Shown piece after piece: positions 44,782-58,839 of a stretch of DNA of 64,000 nt; within the stretch, counting starts at the first letter, position 1; the number at the start of each line of letters is the position of its first letter. Below the pieces are notes generated by a model. The model saw only the letters and a program-made list of their open reading frames with translations, searched no databases and was not told the DNA's origin. The stretch comes from Octopus vulgaris. Lineage: Eukaryota. The stretch spans positions 99,200,001-99,264,000 of the forward strand of contig OX597815.1 of the NCBI GenBank assembly GCA_951406725.2, written 5' to 3'. The position numbers and the translations under genes were made by a program.

Positions 44782-45329
44782 ATAAGTTAGTTTCTTTAAT
44801 ATACAACTTATAGACCTTAATATAATTGAAAGGACATATAATGAAAGCATTCTTCCCATGACCACCTTGAATTTCTTCGTAGTGAGAGTATGTGTGCTCT
44901 CTCATGATGAAGTAGATTCCTAGGGTGCTTAATTTAGCATTGATTAACATGAATGGGTGGAAAGAGAAAAAGAGAGACATGAAGACGATAGATAGACAAC
45001 AGACAAGCAGATCAGTAGACAGACAGATAGAGGTTAAAGAGATAGATAAAGGTGAGAAAGGGAGGACGAGAGAAAAGAAAAGAAATGAAGTAATGTAAGA
45101 CATTTTATATGATGAAACACTAGTTGCTGTTCAATCCCAGGTAAGCCATAATCAAACAAAACATTGAAGATATGATCATTCTAATATTCTTTCCTGTGTA
45201 CTAAGAAACGAGGACTATTCCTCAACCGGAATCCATATGGCCCTTCGGGGTCCATAAACGATTTTGTGGTTAATCTTCAATAAAGTTGTTATACTTCTGC
45301 AATTCACAAAATATTTTAACAATTACTCT

Positions 45330-45545
45330 TCTCTTACTCTTTTACTCTTTTACTTGTTTCAGTCATTTGACTGCGGCCATGCTGGAGCACCGCCTTTAGT
45401 CGATCAAATCGACCCCGGGACTTATTCTTTGTAAGCCCAGTACTTATTCTATCAGTCTCTTTTGCCGAACCGCTATGTGACGGGGACGTAAACACACCAG
45501 CATCGTTTGTCAAGCAATGCCAGGGGGACAAACACAGACACACAA
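45330..45545 (-). mobile_element. SINE-B 3' half, apparently inside a hAT-like MITE (~45215-45651)
   Basis: tttacttgtttcagtcatttgactgcggccatgctggagcaccgcc.... MITE-like ends ttcctcaaccgg and ggttgaggaacactg. Confidence 0.75.
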
Positions 45546-45724
45546 CCCCACACACACACTCATATATATATATATATATAGCTAGGAGAGTCCATCCGAG
45601 TAAAATAGAAATCAAAGGTGTCCTCGGGTAGAAAATGGTTGAGGAACACTGGTATAATGTGTCTTTTCCAAGTTGGTAAGAGAATATTGTTTCCATTCCA
45701 TGTAGGTCGAGTAATGATATAGAG

Positions 45725-45847
45725 CAGTGGTTCACAAGTATTTTCGGGATAAGGCCCCTTGACACCCAGGCCACATTACTAGCGCCTCCATCCCAACTAT
45801 CACAAACATAGACCCCTCTTCAATACTGCCCACTTTGGGAACCACTG
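45725..45847. mobile_element. 123-bp hAT (Charlie/MER5-like) MITE with perfect 8-bp TSD ATATAGAG
   Basis: TIRs CAGTGGTTCACAA / TTGGGAACCACTG. ATATAGAG at 45717-45724 and 45848-45855. Confidence 0.88.
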
Positions 45848-45974
45848 ATATAGAGGCTCAAGCGTTGGTTAGATGAATCGGTAGTGACAATGACAATGGT
45901 AGGCAAGATGTGTATGACGCAAGTTCAATATGCGACCAATATAGCAGAGAAAAACTTTAACTTATAATGTTTTA

Positions 45975-46440
45975 ATTGTTTCGGTCTTTAGACTGCGGCC
46001 ATGCTGGGGCACCACCTTGCGGAATTTTCGTCGAATGAATCTATCCCTGTATATCTCTTTTTTAAGACCGGTATTTATTATATCGGTTACTTGTGCTGAA
46101 CTGCTAGTTATGAAGACGTAAACACACGAACACCAGTTGTTAAGGTGTAATGGGTGACAAACAGACACAAAGATACGTACACATACAAACACACGCACAC
46201 ATACACACACTCTACACGCACACACGCACACACACACACACGCGCGCGTAAAACACACTTACATACACACATATATGTGTGTGTATACGACAGACTTCTT
46301 TCAGTTTCCGTCTACCAAATCCACTCACAAGGCTTTGGTCAGCTTTGGCTGTAATTGAAGACACTTGCTCAGATTGCCACGCATTAGGACTGAACCCGGA
46401 TCCATGTGGTTGGGAAGTAAACTTCTTACCACACAGCCAC
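45975..46440 (-). mobile_element. Full SINE-B with internal (CA)-type microsatellite
   Basis: Both halves present around a CA-rich tract at ~46160-46280. Confidence 0.8.
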
Positions 46441-46600
46441 GTTTACATGTATTTTCTCTTCTTCTAAGAATTTTTCATCAACTGCTGTAGTTCTTCTATG
46501 AATTATCCTTAATTATATTACTGTTATTGAAATAAAACTGCTGTTACTGTTATTGCAACTAAAACTGCTGTTACTGTTGCTACGGCTGATGTTGACAGTA

Positions 46601-46631
<31 letters not shown>

Positions 46632-47146
46632 CGACGACGACGACTGCCATAATGTTATCATCATCGTCATTATTCCAACTACGACTAATGCCATCAGCAC
46701 CACCCAACGAACGAACCTCTGAACGTTCCCTTAATCCGCTTGTAATATCTCAAATCATATTCTACTTTCTAAAGAATGAAAGAAACATAGGACAATATAT
46801 TTCTGAATATATAAAATCGACCGGATGGTCACGGCTGCAACATCTTTGATAATACATCAGCTCACGCAGGATTGAAGAGCTGCGGTTAAGCAACAACGAC
46901 ATCTACTTCATTACCAGCTGCCAGCATCATCAACAAGACTTACAATAACAATAGAAAAACTTATATAGGCACAAGGCCAAACATTTGCAAGGAAGTCTTA
47001 ATCGATTAAAGTGCCACGGGTACATGAAAGGTATTTTTTTTTATCGACCTCCGGAAGATGAAAGTCAACGTTGACCTCGGTGGAACTTAAATTGAGAACG
47101 TAATGGGTCATAATATGACACAGCAATGCAATGCCTCCCATTCTAG

Positions 47147-47229
<83 letters not shown>

Positions 47230-47385
47230 TATCTGAAATTTACAGAAAAACAAAAGACGAAAACAGGTGTATGAACAACAAGCAGGTGTATCAGTTTGAC
47301 GCTCGGGAAAGTGAGGAAGTATTTATTAAGTTTTGAGCCTACGCTCTTCTACAGAAAGGAATATGAGGAAATAAACAGAGAGAGT
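47230..47385 (-). mobile_element. Second copy of family H3 (hammerhead degenerate), within (TA)n
   Basis: Reverse-complement match to 22344-22502; ctgtagaagagcgtaggctcaaaac. Confidence 0.65.
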
Positions 47386-47478
47386 TATATATATATGTAC
47401 ATATACATACATACATACATACATACATAGATACATACATACATACATACATACATACATACATACATACACACATAC

Positions 47479-47540
<62 letters not shown>

Positions 47541-47596
47541 GTATATATAACAAACGATAGAGACAAGAGACGGAATACACGGGAAATTTTATTTCT

Positions 47597-47701
47597 CATA
47601 ACGATCGTTTCGAAATATCTTGCATCAATCCCTTGCGCGTGGGTAACTATAAAACTAGTTGTGGTTCATCCCTCAATGAAGAAGTGTTTCGTCAGGTGAT
47701 G
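47597..47701 (-). ncRNA. Degenerate type I hammerhead-like motif with long stem II, in a ~175-bp insert between (TA)n tracts
   Basis: CATCAC-CTGACGA-(~80 nt)-GAAA-CGATC-GTTATG. Stem I pairs 5 of 6; base of stem II is poor. Confidence 0.45.
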
Positions 47702-47718
47702 TAATAATTGGCGTCTCG

Positions 47719-47767
<49 letters not shown>

Positions 47768-47831
47768 TATTGAGATATATTTTATAGAGAAAAAATGAGA
47801 GAGATATCTACCTACAAACCTACATACATAC

Positions 47832-47876
<45 letters not shown>

Positions 47877-48425
47877 AACACGAGCGCACATACTCACACA
47901 CATATATGCATATACTTGTATATGAATGCATGTGATGAAGAACTATGCCTGAAACGTCATATTTTCGTTCTTAACTTTCCCTTTATAATTTTTTTCTCTG
48001 AGCGTCTAACTAATAGTAATCACTTTGAATGTTCACTGTGAACAGAAGCCATCGCAAATCGCTCCTCCAAATTTCACGCAATACTCTGTTAACATTCAAG
48101 AAAATATATTTATAAAGTGCCTTGACAGAAAAAATTCACATCTTTTCACAAAGCCACTGACGTATTAGTATTGTTAGGCAGGTAGTAGTGGTCTCTTCAT
48201 GTTGCTAATATTTTATCGTTTTTCCCTTCACTTCTCATTAGGGATTCAGTCGGTGCGTGGGGTGCATTTGCCGTTAAAACGTTTACCAAGGACGGTGACT
48301 GTGGAGGACTTTTTTTTCTTTTCTTACACCTTTTATTCGACGACACTTTTCGTATAGAGCAGTATTTTCTTCATCTTGTTTTTGCAAATTATGTGCTTGC
48401 ATACACACGCGCGAGAACACACAAA

Positions 48426-48469
<44 letters not shown>

Positions 48470-48623
48470 CTCACACGCACAAACACAAACGCACACACTA
48501 AATTTAGTACACATTGATATTACCCCTCAGAGGACTGCCATATTTATGAGTGTGCATGTGTGTAAGTGTGTGTGTAAGTGTGTGTGTGTGTGTGTCTGTG
48601 TGTGTGTGAGTGTGTGTGTGTGT

Positions 48624-48693
<70 letters not shown>

Positions 48694-49954
48694 GTGTGTG
48701 TGTTTGTGCGCGCGTGTTGTGTTTATAGTCAAAGTGGTGTGCGACTGACAGAACAGTCATATCAGCCATCAGCGAGTGGCCAGTCATATTATCTCTCCCT
48801 ACAATCACAATGCTTTTTACAATGGACACAATTGAACAGTCAGTCTATTTATTTGACAGGAACAGCGATGCTTGCCAACCAAGTCGTCCAATCAGAGCTG
48901 CCCGATTCTGACTTCAGCTAAAAACTAAACGTACCGTCCACAACGTGGGGGTCCTATGCAGAACGTGAGCCAACGAGAGAATATATATTCCTATGTAGTC
49001 GCTCGACTTGCTTGAAATAGCAGTCTAGTCTCCCTTGAACAGCACCCTGCCGTCTAAAATAGAGAAATTTTTATCGAACGATGTATTTTCCTGATGTAAA
49101 AGTGGTCGAATGCCACGAACACCCTTTGTTCCTTCTGTTGTTTAACTCCAGGTCAGCCCTTAGTAAGAAACTTACAATCGAAAGTGTTGTAAGCATGACC
49201 ATCTCAACTTTTCTCTCGTGCATTTGTTTTTCACAAACGTTAAGGTATGATTTGGAGCTGACGACTATATCTAACGAGTCTATCGAGCACGCTGAGGCGT
49301 CTGTGTTTTCTGATGTTGACATGGTTAAATACCACGGGAGTCGAAGTGAGCATACCTATGATCAAAGTTGGTCACGCAACGGATCCTATCGTATTTAAAT
49401 CAGTTGAGGAATGACTCGAGGGAACTTGACTGTAATTTGATGGAGATCGATCAAATACGTGTAGATACCATTCATGGTTTATCGTTACTGGAGCTAGCAG
49501 AATTGTTGGTGCGTCGGACAAAATATAATATGGTACATTTTACAGTTCTGTACATTCTTAATTGAATTTCCGCAGCTATCAGTTTGCCTCCCATCCATTC
49601 GGAATCAAAAAGTAAAGCACCATTCTTGGGTGATGGATTTGTTGAGTTCATAAAGCATTGCGGTATATGTTCCGCCTCTTCATATTCATGTTTGCGTTAT
49701 CATCGTCTTGGGACGATAAAATAATGTACCAGGCAAAAAATGGAGTTAAGAGCATCAACTAACTCCTTCCACAAATTCTCAAGATCGTCTCAGTAAGAAA
49801 TATTAAAGCATAAGTAGATAAATGCTGTATCGAGTCCTAGGGCCTGTTACTCGGTTTTCCTGGCGTGTAAGTAACCGAGATCACAACGTTCCCTCTGAAC
49901 AGGATGCCAGTCAGTGGCAGGCTTCATCATTTACAGCCGAATTGCTGAAAATTA

Positions 49955-50605
49955 TTAAGACTGCAAGCTGGCAGAATCGTTATCACGATGGACAACATGC
50001 TTAGCGGTATTTCGTTCATCAAGGCGGCGAACTGGCAGAAGCGTTAGCACGCCGGGGAAAATGCTTAGCGGTATTTCGTCTGCCGCTACCTTCTGAGTTC
50101 AAATTCCACGGCGGTCAACTTTGTCTTTCATCCTTTCGGGATCGATTAAATAAGTACCAGTTACACACTGGGGTCGATATAATCGACTTAATCCGTTTGT
50201 CTGTCTTTGTTTGTCCTCTCTGTGTTTAGCCCCTTGTATGTAGTAAAGAAATAGGTATTTCGTCTGCCGCTACGTTCTGAGTTCAAATTCCGCCGAGGTC
50301 GACTTTGCCTTTCATCCTTTCGGGGTCGATTAAATAAGTATCATTTACGCACTGGGGTGGATCTAATAGGCTTAATCCGGTTGTCTGTCCTTGTTTGTCC
50401 CCTCTGTGTGTAGCCCCCCTTGTGGGTAGTAAAGAAATAGGTATTTCGCTCATCTTTACATTCTGAAGTTCAAATTCCGCCGGGGTCGACTTCAATTTTT
50501 ATCCCTTTTAGGGGTCAATAAAATAACTACCATGGGCACTGCGGTCAATGTAATTGACATACCCCCGAATCCGAAATTACTGACCTTGTGCTAAAATTGG
50601 AAACA
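49955..50605 (+). mobile_element. Nested SINE-A: a younger dimer (50021-50439) inside an older copy
   Basis: TSD-like ggtatttcg(t/c)tcatc at 50006-50020 and 50440-50454; internal period ~184-186 bp. Confidence 0.8.
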
Positions 50606-51211
50606 TTATTATATAAATTGAAATGTTCAGCTAGAGTGATATGTGCCGCGGACGTATTACACACATGAATGCATTCTCTCATTCTTCTACATCTGACTAC
50701 CTTAAGTAGCAACTGAACTGATAGATGGGTAAAGAGAAGGACAGAGATTGAGAGATATTTTTTGATGAGATGCATGTACATGTATAGTGTGTGTGTCTAT
50801 GTGTGTATGCTTATATTTATGTATTTAGAGAGAAAAAGACATAATAGATAGACAGACTGACAGAGACAGAGACAGAGAGAGAGAGTTAATGGGAGGTGGA
50901 GTTTCAAATAAACAACAGAGTAAACGTCTATTAAAACAAATAAATAAATATATATATAAATAAATAAATAAATAAACGAGATCTCACAAGTAGAATGAAA
51001 GCAATGACCAACCAAACAATGCCATGTTCTATCCACGTGACATCTCTGGTCTGGACTGACAAACCTTCTCTTTTGTCTGTTTGTCTGTGCTTGTCTCTCT
51101 GTTTACTTCGCTAAAAATTGGTTGGATGAAGTTTTTCTTCTTTTTCCTTTTCTATTTGCCGGTGAAGTAGGGTTTATTATATATTTTTTTCATACATTTT
51201 ATTATTTATTA

Positions 51212-51270
<59 letters not shown>

Positions 51271-51271
51271 G

Positions 51272-51414
<143 letters not shown>

Positions 51415-51854
51415 TTAGATATTTTACTATACATTTTATATAATTTTATTATCTATTTTTATTTTGTATTTTCAATTATATATATATTTATTATATATGC
51501 TTTTTATTGGGTATGTTTTTTTGTTTTGTTTTTTTTTTGCAGTATATTTTTAATTTTGTACGTCTTTCTCTCTACTGGATAATAAGGTGAAATGTCAACA
51601 CCAAAACTGACAAAGGCGACAACAACGACAAACAACGACAATAGCAACAACAACAATAACAAAAACAGCAACAACAATAGTTACAATAATAGTTACAACA
51701 TCAACCAAAACAACTGTACACCATACAAGATCAGAATACATAATTGTTGTTGTTGTTTTTGTTGCTATATTATTAATATTATCATTTTATTTAAAATTCT
51801 AATTCGACATGGCTGGATACTGCAGCTGTATATGATGTGTGTGTTTAGGTTGTT

Positions 51855-52490
51855 GTAGAGGTAGGTGGTCGTGGTGACGTTACTGGCAGCGGCGACGGTG
51901 GTAGTGGTGTGGTGGGGTGGGGTAGTTTTGGTAGCAGTGGTGCTTGTAGTGAAGCGTAAATGTAGGGGGAGGGGTTAGTTGTGGTGGTAGTGGTAAGCCA
52001 AGTGTTTCGTGGTTGGGGGTTTCTATTGGTCACGGTGATGTCTGTGGTAGTGATGGTGGTGGTGGTGGTGGTGGTGGTGGTGCCGGGTTAATAGTCGTCG
52101 TAGCTGAGTTAAATGTCATCAAGGTATGCGGGATATTAGGCGGATATGGGGTAGGGGTGGGTACAGTGGTGGTAGTGGCGGTGGTTGTGACGGTGGCGTG
52201 GTAGTTGTGGTGGTCGTGGTGGTGGTGGTGGTGGTGGTGGTGGTGGTGGTGATGGGTCAATGCTGGAAATGTAATGACAGATTATGGAGCACAGTTGGGG
52301 GTACTGGCCGCCGTCACCGCCGTAGTAGTTTTGTTTTGCTAGTGATGGTGATGGTGGTGCTTGTAGTGATGGGAGTCGTGGGAGGTGATGACAGTATTAT
52401 TGGCGGAGGCGGTGGTAACAGTGGTAGATGTCTTTACGTAGTGGTGGAAGCGATGATGGTGTGGTAGTGGTCGTAATGGTTGTAGTCGGA
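51855..52490. repeat. Mosaic (GGT/AGT/GAT)n low-complexity tract
   Basis: Direct reading. Confidence 0.85.
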
Positions 52491-52861
52491 GCAGTCTTAA
52501 CAATCATAGATCTCGTGATATGAGCATTGCAGAAAAGAAGGCGTGGCTGACGTGGTTGATGCTTCTGTTAATGGCACTGTATATAATGGTATTATTGTTG
52601 GTATTAAACCCTAAGCCAGCCCCGACCGTGCAAACTTACGACCAATGCTATCCCAATTATGGCCGTCATGTGTATGTATAGAGTACCATGTTATCCGAAA
52701 TGTTCATTTTTTAATAAAATAGGATATGATTTGAGTGAGATTTGGCTGCTTCTTCAAGCACATTGAACTGCTATATAAAGCCCACGTTGCATTTTGTTTT
52801 CGAGTTGTTGGATTTGTTGTGACGTTGCCGTTAGTGCCAATACTAATATACGCATGCGTGT

Positions 52862-52896
<35 letters not shown>

Positions 52897-52918
52897 GGAT
52901 AGATAGATGGATAGATGA

Positions 52919-53007
<89 letters not shown>

Positions 53008-53008
<1 letters not shown>

Positions 53009-53800
53009 GCGGAGGGCTGCCAGAATCGTTAGTACGCCGGGTGAAATGCTTAGCGGTATTTCGTCTGCCGTTACGTTCTGAGTTCAAATTCCGCCGAGGT
53101 CGACTTTGTCTTTAATCCTTTCGGGGTCGATAAATTAAGTACCAGTTACGCACTGGGGTCGATAGAATCGACTTAATCCTTTTGTCTGTCCTTGTTTGTC
53201 CTCTCTGTGTTTAGCCTTTTGTGGGTAGTAAAGAAATAGGTATTTCGTCTGCCGCTACGTTCTGAGTTCAAATTCTGCCGAGGTCGACTTTGCCTTTCAT
53301 TCTTCCGAAGTCGATGAATTAAGTACCAGTTGCGTACTGGGGACGATCTAATCGACTGTCTTCTCCCCAAAAATGTCGGGCTTTGTGCCTAGAGTAGAAA
53401 AAAATGCTTAGCGGCATTTCGTCCGTCTTCATTGAAATTCAATTGGCGTCGACTTTGCATTTCATCTTTTTAGAGTCGATAAAACAAGTACCGTTTCAGC
53501 ACTGGGTCGATGTAATTGACTTATCCCCTCCCCCAAAATTTCTGGGCTTGTGCCAAAATTTGAAACCAATATTAATATAATACATAAGGTGTTGAACTGG
53601 CAGGACCGTTACTGCACCTGGCAAAAATTATTAGCGGCATTTCGTCCGTCATTGCGTTCCGAGTTAAATTCCGCCAAGGTTTATTTTGTCTTTCATCCTA
53701 TTGAGTTCGATAAAATAAGTACCAGTTGAGCACTGGGATCGATGTAATCGACTTGCCCATCTGCCGAAATTTCTGGCTGTGTACCAAAATTTGAAACCAA
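53008..53800 (+). mobile_element. SINE-A cluster, including a dimer-like copy with the same junction as at 50.2 kb
   Basis: gtagtaaagaaataggtatttcgtctgccgctacgttctgag at ~53225-53265; further copies at 53400-53570 and 53585-53800. Confidence 0.85.
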
Positions 53801-54126
53801 TGTATGTATGAGGAAATTTCTAATACAAACGGTGGCACGACGAGATTCTATAGAATTTGCCAAGTGAGCGGACCAAGGTATCAAATTTTTAAGAAAAGGT
53901 GATAAATCTCCAAAGGCAAAAGCAGCTGTGGAGAACCGTTTTCTATTTTGCATCATGCCTCAGACTAAAAGGTGTAAATGGATCTGAATGGTAGATTCAT
54001 CTTTCCAGAAGAGATCGCAGTACCATCGCTCCGACTAGGCATGTTCCTTCTATCAAAAGGTGCAAAAACAATCATCGTAGCTGATCTCACTGTTTTGGTA
54101 TGACTGGTTTCACATTTTTCGCTATA

Positions 54127-54250
54127 TAGGCGCAGGCGTGGCTGTGTGGTAAATAGTTTGCTTCGGGCAAGTGTCTCCTACTGCTGGGGAGCCATCCGAA
54201 ACATTGTGAGTGGATTTGGTAGATGGACGGATACAGAAAAAATCCTGTCA

Positions 54251-54319
<69 letters not shown>

Positions 54320-54520
54320 TTGTGTGTGTCTTTGCGTCTTTGTCCACCCTTCACTTGACAACCGATATTCTTTGTTTAAGTCTCAGGCTCGGCAAAAAGA
54401 AACCGATAGAATAAGTAGGTACCAGGCTTAAAAAAAAAAGAACTGGTGTCAATTCGTTCGACTAAAAATTCTTCATGGCAGTGCCCCAGCATGGCCGTGG
54501 TCTAAATTCTAAAAGAAAGT
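54127..54520 (+). mobile_element. Full SINE-B with internal (TG)n
   Basis: aggcgcaggcgtggctgtgtggtaa head, (TG)n at ~54255-54330, 3' part ...gccccagcatggccg. Confidence 0.8.
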
Positions 54521-55248
54521 GAAGACAGCCAAATATCAGAACTTTATTGGTGAGGCTCTTGTCAAAGGATAACATGCAGACTCACTCCCTATTAAAGTCA
54601 GCTGCTGCAGTTTCCCAATAAATTCGGTGTTCTATTCTCTGAAGAAGATTGGTTTCGAACACATACAACAGATGAAACCCACAAAGGAGATAGCCATGGC
54701 AGCTGATACAAACTCTAAGTTGTTGTGTTTGACAAAAGACCGCAGACAAAATCCTCCTGCAGGTAAAGAATAATTCAGTCTTCATTGCTTCACTCAGGCA
54801 GATACTTCAAATGCTTGTAACCATGAGATACTTGCTGAAGATACAGAAGAGTTTCCAATATTGCGATGGCTTTAGTCAACATCGGAAGAAGAGCTTGCTT
54901 TCCTTTGAAGTATCTGCTGCTGCATCTGCGTGAAATAAAGCATCTCTGATGTTTATTTCAGCTATAAAACAGTTTTCATTCAAATATAGAGATGAAACCT
55001 GATTCTTTGCGTTTGCTAGAACTTAATGGCTTGGGTGACTACTTAGATAAAGTGGATCACATACTGGAAGAAATATAAACATCCCCCACAAATGACTGTT
55101 TCATTTAGCATTAAATAACATTAATGGACATTGGTCACACTAAGAGCTCATCAAGAGTTGAGAGACCAGGGAACAAATGAATGTCCGTCAATATGCCTCT
55201 GTTACACAGTAGTTCTCCCACGCTCGTCTACATTTCATCTCTCTCTCA

Positions 55249-55286
<38 letters not shown>

Positions 55287-55287
55287 A

Positions 55288-55667
55288 TAAATAAAACATA
55301 TGCATATATATATATATATGTACGTACCTACCTCTACATGTATATATACACGCATATATGGGTACAGGACACCAAAAAAAACGTCGAACACAATGAGAAA
55401 CGGAAACATAAACACAAAAACAAGGAACTGGACATTTTTCTTAAACAACAAAAAAATAGAGTTCAGGACAAATAACACAAGGACAATTTCCCTTCTTCAG
55501 TCGCCATGGTTTCATGTCCAGTTCCTTGTTTTTGTGTTTATGTTTCCGTTTCTCATTGTGTTCGACGTTTTTTTGTGTGTTCTGTACCCATATATGCGTG
55601 TGTATATACATTTAGAGGTAGGTACGTACATATATGTATATATATATATGCATATGTTTTGTTTATT
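55288..55667. repeat. ~150-bp inverted repeat (55288-55435 / 55514-55667) with a 78-bp spacer, within (TA)n; Penelope pLTR-like
   Basis: gggtacaggacacc...aaggaactggacat is mirrored by atgtccagttccttg...ctgtaccc. The spacer minus strand has CTGAAGA-AGGG. Confidence 0.9.
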
Positions 55668-55718
55668 ACTATATTATATGACGGAACGCACGCATCCATT
55701 TCTAAGTAAGATTGTTCT

Positions 55719-55755
<37 letters not shown>

Positions 55756-56352
55756 CATACACACACGCGCGCACGCACATAGTGACATTTGCAAAACAAA
55801 ACTCTTCGCCAGCGTAGTGGCAACAACTTCCCCGCCCCCATCCGCTTATGAATATGAAATAATGTAAAACAAAAGGTAGAAATTTCAAATCAAGGAATAA
55901 CAACGTGAGGATTGGAATAAAATAACGCCATTTATCGTCAAGCAAACACGCTATACAAGCAAAACATATACAAGCTTATATAAACCACTACCAAGAATAA
56001 ATGCATATATTTATGTATATATATATATATATATACTCATACACACAACCAATCACACGCATACACATACACATGCATACACACACGAATGTGCGGATAC
56101 ACATATATTCGTATACACAGTATGACAGCAATTGAATTGGAGAGTGTCTTCATCTAAATGAACATATATATTCAGCAGGGAGTTTGCCTTATATGAGCAT
56201 TATATATTTTAAAACTCACATAATCGTATAATCGTTCACATGTCACACTGCCGCCGTATGTAATAGATTCATAAGATTTCACACACACACAAACAAACGC
56301 ACATATATTCATATTTACACACACACACACATACACGCATATACATGTAAAC

Positions 56353-56413
<61 letters not shown>

Positions 56414-56510
56414 TGTATGTATATATATGCATATATACATACACATACATATATATATATACATATATATATGTATATATGCATATATATATGTATATAT
56501 ATATATATTC

Positions 56511-56544
<34 letters not shown>

Positions 56545-56660
56545 AGGTATATATAGACCGAAGATATATATAGACGTATATTTGTATAGGTACACATTTA
56601 TACTTATATTTATATGTATATATAAGTATATACATATGTATATATGTGTATATATTTATA

Positions 56661-56717
<57 letters not shown>

Positions 56718-57701
56718 ATACATATACATATCTGTTATATCTATATCCTATCAATCTATCTCAATATCAATATGTATCACTAGATAGATTTCCTTACAAA
56801 TATGTATATATTATCTATTATACATATATATATATACATATCCATGCATGCATACATACATACATACATACATACATACATACATACATACATACATACA
56901 TACATACATACATACACATATGTATGCATGCCTGTATCTACCTGTTCTTCAGCTAACTCATCTTTTATAAACTTCTCTATTCTCTGGACATGTTGCTTAT
57001 TCGGAAAATATATAACTTCTTTTTTTCACTCGCTTTTACATATATGTCTTATATTTTCTTTCATCATTTTTTCTGTTGTTGTAGTTGTAGTTGTTATTAT
57101 TCTTGATTCTGTATTGTTATATCGAATTTTTCTAATATTTTATATATTGTTTTTAATATTTTACAATATTTTTCTTATATTTTCACTTAATTTTATTTGT
57201 TTCCCTTACTGTTTTAGATTTGAGATTATGATAAATGCGAGGAAATCCGAATTACAATTGGTTTTCTATATATTTCCATCTATTAATTTTCACAGGATGT
57301 CACGCATAGGTAAACGTAAGCATACACACTGTAAATATGTATGTGTGTGTGTGTACTTGTGCGTATGTGTGAGTTCGTATGTGTAATTGTGTTTGTTTGT
57401 ACGTGCATTTGTGTGTGCGTGTGTATGTGTGTCATTAGGCATGTACGTTTGTAGACAAAATATTATTATAGCGCAACTAACTACACAAATAGAATAGAAA
57501 GTATAACAAATATGTTATTACTTATATACACCTCCAATCTGTAAAACATACATACACAAACACACATACTTACACACACTGGTGCGTGTGTATATATATA
57601 TATATATTCATAAATATATATACATTTACATCTAATGTATATATTTATATATGTATATATGTATATATGCATACATATATATATATGTATATTTATGTAT
57701 G

Positions 57702-57776
<75 letters not shown>

Positions 57777-58225
57777 TTATATATCTATGCCTATATATAT
57801 ATGTGTGTGTGAATCCAACCAACTAAGGGATAATATCTATCCAATATACTGCTGGTAGAATACCCAATTATTAATATGTATGTATGTATATATATACGTA
57901 TGTATATACCCACACACCACACACATACACACATACACACAAACACACACACACACATTTATATAGATATATGTATAAATTTATTAATCGAGATATGGCT
58001 TTGCAGTCGTTCAGATAAAAATCTTGGGAGTTGTAAGAAAACTTCATGATGTAAAGTTATAAAATCTGCTTTCAGACACATTGAGAAGACTTTTGGCTTG
58101 CAGACACATTATCTATATAACTCACGATGTATAGATGTATTGATACACACTCACACACACAAGGACGCACACAAACATATATATGTATATATAATTTTTT
58201 AATATTTACATATATAATGTAATGC

Positions 58226-58290
<65 letters not shown>

Positions 58291-58436
58291 CGCACATAGA
58301 AGCGTATATATGCATATGTTACTGGAAGCTTATTATAGAATACGTTTAAAAATAATAGTGGAACATTCATTGAGGGTATGACAATTTATTCAAAGCTGGG
58401 TCAACTTGATCTTGAGTATAGAACTGTACGCATACT

Positions 58437-58466
<30 letters not shown>

Positions 58467-58467
<1 letters not shown>

Positions 58468-58590
58468 GCTTGTTCGCTTAGCCAGCGGGGTGGCGTCATT
58501 CGAAAGCTAAAACAATGCGAACGCATTGTGAACAGCGATGTGTAACAACATATGATGGTCTGGTCGGTCACGTGATAGTGATAGTGATAT
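58467..58590 (+). mobile_element. Probable SINE 3' fragment with (GTGATA)n tail, inside (TA)n
   Basis: GC-richer insert ending ggtcacgtgatagtgatagtgata; family assignment is inference. Confidence 0.45.
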
Positions 58591-58761
58591 ATATATATAT
58601 ATATATATATTTATATGTAACTGTTTGTATATTTCTATACGACTACGCAAAGAGGAAAAGTGTGAGAGATAGGGATTTTCACGGGGTGGGAGGTGAGAGA
58701 CCAAGGCTGAATCCTTTCTGATATAGATCAACATATAGACGGATGGATGGATGGATGGATG

Positions 58762-58839
<78 letters not shown>

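Noticed and set aside
49955-50605. CRISPR-like periodic repeat
   Set aside because: Units are whole SINE bodies without unique spacers; eukaryotic context and no cas genes.
54636-54668. CTGAAGA...TTCGAAC motif and the surrounding complex sequence
   Set aside because: GAAA and stems I/III are missing; the frames I checked have stops and no recognisable protein.
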